Below, piece by piece: positions 57,637-64,000 of a DNA stretch of 64,000 nt (position 1 is the stretch's first letter; each line of letters starts with the position of its first letter). This stretch comes from an uncultured Pseudomonadota bacterium (GTDB taxonomy: Bacteria > Myxococcota_A > Polyangia > Fen-1088), in contig CAWKBC010000023.1 in the NCBI GenBank assembly GCA_963847705.1, positions 2,960 through 66,959 on the forward strand, in the 5' to 3' direction. The translations under genes were made by a program, and so were the position numbers. The notes under the pieces are model-generated. The model did no database searches, was not told the origin of the DNA, and saw nothing but the letters and a program-made list of their open reading frames with translations.

Positions 57637-60285
57637 CTAAGGTGGCGGTGAGCCGGTCCCGGAAGACGTCCCTTCGCCGAGCAGCGCTCGCAAGCGGTCT
57701 TTGCGGGTGTCGAGGCCGTGAAGAGCGGCGGTGACCTCGGGGCTTTGCGGGCTGAGCCGGGCGGCCTGGAGGTAGGCGTCCCGGGCGACGTCGTCGCGGC
57801 CCGAGGCCTCCGCCGTCTGCGCGTACTCAATCCAGTACTTCGTGACGTCTCCGTAATCGCTGAGGGCGATGCGGTAGTCGCTCAGCGCTTCGCTCAGGTG
57901 GCCAAGGCGGACAGCGATCCTGGCGCCGGCGATGTAGGCCTCTGCCGGCGAGCCTCCGAGCTGATAGAGCGCCTGTTTGAGCCCGTCCACCGCGCGGGAG
58001 GCGGCGTTCCATTTCTGGTACGCGATGACGAGATCGATGCGCTGGCGTTGAATGGTGACATCGGTTGGAAATCGGACGGCGGCCGCGTCGAGCAGCGCCA
58101 GGGCCTTGTCCGCCCCCGCGCCCCCCTCGGTGCTGAGGACGAGCTGTGAGGCGAGCTCCGCCATCTTGGGGTCATTCACCGCGTCCGTTCGCGCCGCAGC
58201 CAGCGTCCTGCCCGCCTCGTTCAACCGCCCCGCCTTGATTTCCAGCTCTGCGCGAGCGAGAAGGATTTCGCCGTGCGGCGCGCCGAGCGCGTCCGCCTGG
58301 TCGATCACCACGAAGGCGTCCGCCACGCGCCCGAGGCCGCTGAGGAACGAGACCAGCTCCAGCGTCCGCGGGCCGCTCGTCGACGCGACGGCGGCCAGCT
58401 CTTGTGGCTTGGCCCCCAGATTGAAGAGCTCACCCATGATGGACGCGAACAGCACCGGCTGGATCTCGGCGGCGGTGCGCCACTCCAGCAACGCCTGTGG
58501 CCGCAGCCCGATTCGCCAGAGGCTCCGCGCCACCTCGACATGGACCAGCTCGCAGGAGGGGCAGAGCCGCAACGCGCGGTTGAGCGCGTGAAGCCGGGGC
58601 GAGGGAGAGCCCGGGGCGCCCTTGAGCGGTTGCAGGCGCGCGTCGCTGAGCGCGTAGAGGTAATCGAGCGGGTGGGTCTCTTCGGCCCGCATCAAGACCG
58701 CCCGCTCCGCCGCCAGTGGCATGTTCTTCCTCAGCAGGGCGTCGAAGTCATCGTTGCTGTGGCTGGTGATGGCCGCGACGCCGAACAGCGCCCCGGCGCA
58801 GGCCAGGCCGGCGAACGCCCAAGGACGGACGACCGACCACCTGGAGGAACGGGCGGGATCCTGCGCAGACGCGGGGAGGCGGCCCAGCACCACCCCCAGC
58901 ACCGCCATGAACGGCAGCAGGATCCCGAGCGTCTCGAAGCCGAAGTCGACCGTGTTGTGGACCACGACGGCGAACAGACCGGCGATCAGGGAGGCCTCGA
59001 TCTCGTCGCGCCGGCCGTGGCGCACGACCAGCCCGACGACGACCCCCGAGGCGGCCACCAGGATCAGGGTGAAGAGCCAGCCGCAATCGATGAGGATCTG
59101 CAGCGGCTCGTTCTCGACGAACGCGAACCGCAGCGGGAACGGCATGCGAAGCGAGCGGTAGATCGGGAAGACGCAGTCGAACGCACCCCGACCGATCCCA
59201 AACGGGTGCGCGGCGAGGACCCGCAAGCTCTGCGACCAGACCTGCAAACGAATGTCGGTCGAAACGGCGTCGGTCCTGAAGCGATCGACGAGCCGGCCGG
59301 CACCCAGGGCGCCCGCACCGATCAGCACCAGGGCCAGCAGAAGCCCACCCCACGCCAGAGACGCCCGGCGCCGGCCGATGGAGGTGCTGCCCTCGGAACC
59401 GAAGTAACGCAAGAAACCGAAGAGGACCACGGCCATGCTGAGCGCCAACACGGCGCCACGCGACATGGTCGCGGCGGCGCCCCCGGCGCAGAGGAGCGTT
59501 CCGATCAGCCAGCCGACGCGGTTGAGCGCCGTGGCGCGCTGGAACGAACAGGCCAGGCAGATGAACGCCCCGAGCTCGAAGAACTCCGCCGTGTGGTTGG
59601 GATTGACGAAAGGGCCTGTCAGCAGGGGGCGCAACGAGGCGCTGAAGCTCCCGTAGACCCGGCTGACGCCCAGAATGCGATGCCCGAGGCCGATGGCGAC
59701 GCCGAGGAGCGCCGCCCCCCCGAGCGTGCGCAGCACCAGGTGCCGGCGGCTCTGGCCCGAGGCCAGATGATAGGCGAAGAGGAACGCCATCAGGCCGAGC
59801 GCCGCGCGGCCGACGTAGATGCGGGTGCTCGGTGGATCGAGGCTGAGAGGCCACGCCGCCGTCGGCACCAGCTGGTCGTCCTGCAGCAACGTGTTCCCGG
59901 CGTGATCGAAGAGGGCCCTCACCCCCATGGGGATCGGGATCGACTGCAACAGCGGGATGACCAGGAAGGCGAGCGGCAGAAGCGCACCGAGCCCGATCCG
60001 AAGAGTTCGCCCCTGCATCCCCAGGCCGGTCATGAGGGCGGCCAGGCCCGCGGCCCCTGCCACCATCAGCCCGATCATCGATTCCCGATGAACCCCGCCG
60101 ACGAGAATCGGGGCACCGGCCACCACGCCCAGGCAGGCCACGGTGCCCACGCGGATCAAGATCTCCGAGAGGCGACTCCGACGACGGCGGCCCGAACGCC
60201 GCCCGGTGCCGCCTTCGCTCTTCAAGCCCGGGATTGGCGCCGCTCCGGCCTCAGAAGACCCGTTCGTCGACGACGAGGACGTCAC
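57637..60285 (-). CDS. O-antigen ligase/Wzy_C-family membrane domain fused to a C-terminal TPR-repeat domain
   Basis: The N-terminal portion (roughly half of the protein) is polytopic, with ...AATMSRGAVLALSMAVVLF.... The C-terminal portion is TPR-like (AxxxY/L repeats). GTG at 60285 overlaps wza by 35 nt; TTG at 60225 is an alternative start. Confidence 0.8.
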   Translation of the reverse strand: MTSSSSTNGSSEAGAAPIPGLKSEGGTGRRSGRRRRSRLSEILIRVGTVACLGVVAGAPILVGGVHRESMIGLMVAGAAGLAALMTGLGMQGRTLRIGLGALLPLAFLVIPLLQSIPIPMGVRALFDHAGNTLLQDDQLVPTAAWPLSLDPPSTRIYVGRAALGLMAFLFAYHLASGQSRRHLVLRTLGGAALLGVAIGLGHRILGVSRVYGSFSASLRPLLTGPFVNPNHTAEFFELGAFICLACSFQRATALNRVGWLIGTLLCAGGAAATMSRGAVLALSMAVVLFGFLRYFGSEGSTSIGRRRASLAWGGLLLALVLIGAGALGAGRLVDRFRTDAVSTDIRLQVWSQSLRVLAAHPFGIGRGAFDCVFPIYRSLRMPFPLRFAFVENEPLQILIDCGWLFTLILVAASGVVVGLVVRHGRRDEIEASLIAGLFAVVVHNTVDFGFETLGILLPFMAVLGVVLGRLPASAQDPARSSRWSVVRPWAFAGLACAGALFGVAAITSHSNDDFDALLRKNMPLAAERAVLMRAEETHPLDYLYALSDARLQPLKGAPGSPSPRLHALNRALRLCPSCELVHVEVARSLWRIGLRPQALLEWRTAAEIQPVLFASIMGELFNLGAKPQELAAVASTSGPRTLELVSFLSGLGRVADAFVVIDQADALGAPHGEILLARAELEIKAGRLNEAGRTLAAARTDAVNDPKMAELASQLVLSTEGGAGADKALALLDAAAVRFPTDVTIQRQRIDLVIAYQKWNAASRAVDGLKQALYQLGGSPAEAYIAGARIAVRLGHLSEALSDYRIALSDYGDVTKYWIEYAQTAEASGRDDVARDAYLQAARLSPQSPEVTAALHGLDTRKDRLRALLGEGTSSGTGSPPP

Positions 60286-60856
60286 CAGGGAGAACCATCA
60301 CGTTTGGAGAGCGCCCTTCGCTGATGTCGGCGACCGGAAAGGTATGAGTTTCGATCTTGCCGGCGACCTGCCGCCGCAGATTGACGGAGTTCTTGGCGGC
60401 GATGCCGGTGAACCCGCCGGCGTTGGCGATCGCGTCGACGATCGTCATGTTCGGGTAATAGCCGACCTGCCCCGGTCTGGTGACCTGGCCCAGAACGGAG
60501 ATCTTCTGGCTGTTCCGATCCTTGATCGTGACGATGACTTGCGGTTCCTTGAGGTACTTGTCCTTGAGCTTGTTGACCAGCAGCTCCTGAATCTCGCCGG
60601 TCCGCAGCCCGGCGACCTGAAGGCGTCCCGCCAGCGGGTAGTCGACGGTTCCGTCGGTGGCGACCCGGAACATCCCCGAGAGGTCGGACTCGCCGTAGAC
60701 GCGCACGTCGAAGGTGTCGTCAATTCCGACGCGATCTTCGGGCGAGCCGACCTCGTCGCTCGCAGTGACGTGCTTGGGCGCTGGATAGCAAGCCGACACC
60801 CCCGCCAGGCAACCCAACACGATGGCCAGCAAGGCCAGACGACACCGCACGGACAT
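60251..60856 (-). CDS. wza: short outer-membrane polysaccharide export (OPX, Wza-like) lipoprotein
   Basis: Lipobox LAGVSAC. Poly_export motif ...DTFDVRVYGESDLSGMFRVATDGTVDYPLAGRLQVAGLRTGEIQELL.... One SLBB-like unit ISVLGQVTRPGQVGY.... Only 201 aa; no C-terminal amphipathic helix is evident. Confidence 0.85.
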   Translation of the reverse strand: MSVRCRLALLAIVLGCLAGVSACYPAPKHVTASDEVGSPEDRVGIDDTFDVRVYGESDLSGMFRVATDGTVDYPLAGRLQVAGLRTGEIQELLVNKLKDKYLKEPQVIVTIKDRNSQKISVLGQVTRPGQVGYYPNMTIVDAIANAGGFTGIAAKNSVNLRRQVAGKIETHTFPVADISEGRSPNVMVLPGDVLVVDERVF

Positions 60857-60868
60857 TGGCGGCCTAGG

Positions 60869-62173
60869 TTAGTACGTGACGCCCAGGCGCGCAAACACCT
60901 GCTGCTTCAGGTACTCGTCGTTGGGCTTGTTGCTGCGGTTGTCGAGAAGCGAGTAGCCCACGCCCAGGTAGGCCCAGTTGCGCAGGAAGTAATCGAGCGT
61001 CGCGCCGACCTGGAAAAAGTTGTCGACCCGGCCTTGCTGCGTAACGTCACCTGTCTCGCCCTGGTACGAGAGATAGGCGTACCGGGCGGAGAGATCGAGC
61101 GCGAAGCGGCCAGCGATCTGCTGGACGTAGGAGGCGTAGGCCGTCTCCTGGTACGCAAAGTTGGAGATCACGGCGTTCACGAAGTCGTGTCGGAAGCCGA
61201 GCACCGCACGGCTCAGCTGCGTCAACCGCGCCGTGAACGCGAGGTCCAGATAGGTGCTCCCCAGGAAGCCGGCGGTCGAGGTGCCGTTGCTATAGAACGC
61301 GTTCACGTAACCCACGGTCAGCACGGCAGACGTCTTCTCGGTGAGCAGACCTCTGAGCCCCGTCGTCACGTAGAGAGGGTAGGAATCAGAAAGGTTGTTG
61401 AGCGCCGCAGCCTCGCGGTTGAGATAGTAGATGTAACCCTGCGATACGTTCAGGAAGATGGCGGTCTTGGGGAGCCACTTCCAGGCGACGTCCAGCATCA
61501 GGGTGTTGGTCATCGCGTTCGCGTAGCTGTAACTCTGCTGGCTGTTCTCGTCGTAGATGTTCACCATGTTGGTGAAGCGCAGGATCGTGGTCAGGCGACC
61601 GCCGCCCGGCGACCATCGACCTTCGATCGAAGCCTGGTTGTTGTTGCGCTCGATGCCGACGCCCATCGGAGGGACCCCCCCGGTACCGGTGTTGTTCGCG
61701 TAGGGCGCATCCTCGACCCGGGCGAAGACATCGGCGATCCCGAGCCCGAACTGGGCGCTGCCCAGGCTCAGCGAGACGCCCGCGTTGGGATTCCAGGAGT
61801 CGGCGTAGCCGGCGTTGGAGACCACGGAGTTGCCGTAGTGGCGATATTGCAGGCCCGCGTGAACATCGAAGCTCAGCTCCTTCGACGTCGGCCCGGTCCG
61901 GGTCGCGTTGGTGAGCTCCAGGTACGGCATGAACCGGAAGATCGACGACCCGATCGTGTTCGTGGGCGCGTAAAAGACGTTGGTGTCGTAGCCAGCCTCG
62001 ACCCCGAAGCCGGCATGCAGCAACACGCCGTCGGCGATCTGAATGCCGGTGTTGCTCTCGCCACTCGACTTCGCGGGAAGCCCCGAGTAACCGATGGTCA
62101 CGTCCTGCGCGGACGCGATTCTTCCCGCGAGCAGCGCGCCCAGACCGATCGACAGAGCAAGACGACGGTTCAT
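60869..62173 (-). CDS. outer-membrane beta-barrel protein (Wzp-like candidate)
   Basis: Signal peptide MNRRLALSIGLGALLAGRIASAQD. Alternating hydrophobic/aromatic beta-strand pattern throughout. C-terminal ...FARLGVTY ends in an aromatic residue, as is typical of OM barrels. Confidence 0.7.
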   Translation of the reverse strand: MNRRLALSIGLGALLAGRIASAQDVTIGYSGLPAKSSGESNTGIQIADGVLLHAGFGVEAGYDTNVFYAPTNTIGSSIFRFMPYLELTNATRTGPTSKELSFDVHAGLQYRHYGNSVVSNAGYADSWNPNAGVSLSLGSAQFGLGIADVFARVEDAPYANNTGTGGVPPMGVGIERNNNQASIEGRWSPGGGRLTTILRFTNMVNIYDENSQQSYSYANAMTNTLMLDVAWKWLPKTAIFLNVSQGYIYYLNREAAALNNLSDSYPLYVTTGLRGLLTEKTSAVLTVGYVNAFYSNGTSTAGFLGSTYLDLAFTARLTQLSRAVLGFRHDFVNAVISNFAYQETAYASYVQQIAGRFALDLSARYAYLSYQGETGDVTQQGRVDNFFQVGATLDYFLRNWAYLGVGYSLLDNRSNKPNDEYLKQQVFARLGVTY

Positions 62174-62234
62174 AGAAGGGTATCTTTATCTCGACAAGGA
62201 GGTTGACTGGCGCGGAGGAGGGCGGTCGCCGCGG

Positions 62235-62816
62235 TCAGTCGATTGGGCTCGCCTGAGGAGGACGGGTAATGTCGATGAATGGGCTGCCCGGTTGCGTGGG
62301 GTCGTACTGCGGAATGTTCGGGTCGACCTCGACGTCAACGCGGGTTGCGCCGACAAAGCTGAGGTCCTCACCGATGCAGTTCTCGGCCTCGGCGCCGAGA
62401 ACTGTAACCTTTTGGTTCACAATGGTGAGGCGGGTGAACTCGTGCGTCTGTTCGCCCTCGTCGTTCCGGGCGATGCTTTCCTGCATGGTCGCCATCGACT
62501 GCTCGGCGATGTTCACGTTCACGCGAGCCTGGACCAACTTGTCGGTCACGCAGTTGAGGCGAATGATGTCCTTCTCGCGCTTGGCCTGATCCTGCAGGGT
62601 CTGGATGCGCTTGACGACCCCGCCCATCCCCGTGAAGTACTCCTTGGACTGATTGACCATGTCCGCAGGTGTCAGCGTCGGCTTCTGCTTGACCGACAGG
62701 TCCACGGCGCTTCCGGCCGGAGTTCCCGGCGCCGGCGGCGCTTCAGGCGCAGGGCCTTGCGCAAAAACAGTGCTCCCCATGAAGATCGTCGTCAGTAAGA
62801 GCTTCGTTTTCAACAC
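62235..62816 (-). CDS. secreted 193-aa hypothetical protein, first gene of the export operon
   Basis: GTG/TTG start with AAAGGA upstream. Signal peptide LKTKLLLTTIFMGSTVFAQG, a Pro/Ala linker, then a helical segment. No family recognised. Confidence 0.65.
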   Translation of the reverse strand: MLKTKLLLTTIFMGSTVFAQGPAPEAPPAPGTPAGSAVDLSVKQKPTLTPADMVNQSKEYFTGMGGVVKRIQTLQDQAKREKDIIRLNCVTDKLVQARVNVNIAEQSMATMQESIARNDEGEQTHEFTRLTIVNQKVTVLGAEAENCIGEDLSFVGATRVDVEVDPNIPQYDPTQPGSPFIDITRPPQASPID

Positions 62817-62896
62817 AGCGCCAATCCTTTCACCCTAAAACCCCCGCGGCCACCAACTAAATCGAAGGAAATCAGGTACTTATCGCAACGGTAGAG

Positions 62897-62925
62897 ATTA
62901 TAGGCATCATAGGAAGGTGTGTCAA
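62897..62925 (-). promoter_or_regulatory. perfect-consensus sigma70-type promoter TTGACA-N17-TATAAT
   Basis: The reverse complement of 62897..62925 reads TTGACA caccttcctatgatgcc TATAAT. It lies in a relatively AT-rich gap, about 80 nt upstream of the start at 62816. Confidence 0.5.
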
Positions 62926-62993
62926 CGGCCGAGATGCCCTTACCCGGCTGATCTGTAGGTTGTGCCTTCGTTCCTCGATCTCCTTCACCCTCA

Positions 62994-64000
62994 CTACTGT
63001 GAGGCCTGGAATACGAACGGGAATGAGACCTCGACAGATCCACCCGACGGCGCAGGGAAGCGCCAACGCGCCACCAGGGACTTGATGCAGCTCGCCACCT
63101 CGGCGTCGCCCAGCGTGTCCTGCTCGACGTCGACACCCGAGACCGTCCCGGCCTGGGTGATCGTCCAGTGGATGACGACCTTGCCGCTCAAGTTGGGGTT
63201 GCGCTTGAGGGCGCGCTCGTAGCAGGCCTTGATGGCGCCGAGGCGCGTGCGCACCTCCTTGGCCACCATGGCCGGGTCGAGCTCACCGTCGACCGCCGGC
63301 GCTTCGCTCTTCACCACGCCGGAGACCTTCTTCTCGGTCGCCGCCGCGCCGGTGCCGCCGCCGGCGATCGAGCCGCCGCCGCGCAGACCGCCCACGCTCG
63401 CCACGCGCCCTGAGCCGCTGCCGCCCGACTTGATGCCGCGCAGCTGGTCGTTGTTGTTGGCCACGCCGACGCCGCCCACGCCCTGGAACGCCTTCTCCTG
63501 GTCGCGGTCGACGTCGCCCTTGCCGAGCACGTCGGCGATTGACCCGTCGCCGTCGGCCTTGGCGCCCAGCAGCTTGAGGAGCCCCGTCGACTTGACCTGG
63601 TCGGCCAGCCGCGCGCGGCGCTCCGCGTCGGCGCGGGCCTTCTCTTCGGCCGCCTTGGCCTTTTCTTCCTCAGTCATCTCGTGCTTGGGGGCGGCCTTCT
63701 TCTCCTCGTCGGCCCCCTTCTTCTTCTCGGCCACCTTCTTCTCTTCGGGCTTCTTCTCGTCGACGACCTTCTTCTCCTCCGGCTTCTTCTCTTCCGGCTT
63801 CTTCATCGCCATCTGGACGAAGCGATCGGGCACCGCCTCGATGTCAGGCTTGCGCGGCCAGTCGACGTTGCGGAGGTAGATGATGAGAATGAGGTGAAGC
63901 AGGAACGAGATCGCGGCGATGGTGGTGAAGAACCAGTCGACGCCGGTCAGGGCCGACCCACGCACCGAGGCGGGGAGCTGCGGCCGCGGCTGCGGCGGCG
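62994..64000 (-). CDS. TonB-like membrane-anchored protein with K/E/P-rich linker and AgmX/PglI-type C-terminal domain (5' end may lie beyond the window)
   Basis: TM segment VDWFFTTIAAISFLLHLILIIYL, a KKPEEKK repeat linker, a Gly-rich region, and the C-terminal ...AIKACYERALKRNPNLSGKVVIHWTITQAGTVSGV...ASCIKSLVARWRFPAP.... The frame stays open from the GTG at 63965 to base 64000. Confidence 0.7.
   Translation of the reverse strand, partial: PPQPRPQLPASVRGSALTGVDWFFTTIAAISFLLHLILIIYLRNVDWPRKPDIEAVPDRFVQMAMKKPEEKKPEEKKVVDEKKPEEKKVAEKKKGADEEKKAAPKHEMTEEEKAKAAEEKARADAERRARLADQVKSTGLLKLLGAKADGDGSIADVLGKGDVDRDQEKAFQGVGGVGVANNNDQLRGIKSGGSGSGRVASVGGLRGGGSIAGGGTGAAATEKKVSGVVKSEAPAVDGELDPAMVAKEVRTRLGAIKACYERALKRNPNLSGKVVIHWTITQAGTVSGVDVEQDTLGDAEVASCIKSLVARWRFPAPSGGSVEVSFPFVFQASQ
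63696..63803 (-). repeat. low-complexity K/E/P-coding repeat (cttcttctc-type units)
   Basis: Encodes KKPEEKKPEEKKVVDEKKPEEKKVAEKKKGADEEKK. Confidence 0.6.

Overview
Very GC-rich bacterial chromosomal segment (third codon positions are almost uniformly G/C). The gene repertoire looks Myxococcota-like: Hanks-type Ser/Thr kinases, PEGA domains, an AgmX/PglI-type tail protein, and a short OPX next to a beta-barrel. No rRNA, tRNA, CRISPR array, transposase or integrase was seen.

Left part (1-21.4 kb):
- smpB and a DUF3105 lipoprotein.
- A long minus-strand gene chain with start/stop overlaps or few-nt gaps at most junctions (an 86-nt gap carrying a weak promoter-like match precedes the 109-aa ORF): Ser/Thr kinase -> TPR/PEGA/glycine-zipper membrane protein -> thiolase -> sensor-less histidine kinase -> 109-aa ORF -> 1352-aa STAND-like NTPase/TM/HEAT-repeat protein.
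- Then a HAD hydrolase, an Rsm22-like methyltransferase, an RseP-type protease, three glycosyltransferases, a second kinase with a PEGA tail, and thiD.

Right part (21.4-62.8 kb): one very large surface-polysaccharide locus.
- Sugar-nucleotide branches: a WbpB/D/E-like trio, a Gmd-like dehydratase, and a CDP-hexose branch with a C-methyltransferase.
- Many GT2/GT4 glycosyltransferases and decoration enzymes: two FkbM methyltransferases, an acyltransferase_3, a carbamoyltransferase and an AsnB-like amidotransferase.
- A WecA/MraY-type priming transferase, a Wzc-like PCP/BY-kinase, Wzm/Wzt, two O-antigen-ligase/Wzy_C-family membrane proteins, a GT-C-like protein, and a short Wza-like OPX with an adjacent beta-barrel.

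Most notable observations:
1. The small-ORF + STAND-NTPase/HEAT pair embedded in the signalling chain.
2. The locus mixes Wzc/Wza-type and ABC-transporter-type machinery, with no Wzx flippase seen in the window.
3. A lower-GC island (about 48.5-53.9 kb) carries wzm/wzt, two methyltransferases and an orphan 326-aa ORF.
4. Five apparent single-base (+1) frame breaks, two of them in key genes (the priming transferase and wzc).
5. Perfect short tandem repeats, including a 15-bp x6 repeat in the kinase/thiD divergent region.
6. A perfect-consensus sigma70 promoter in front of the export operon.

All functional calls rest on motif recognition by eye. No database search was run.
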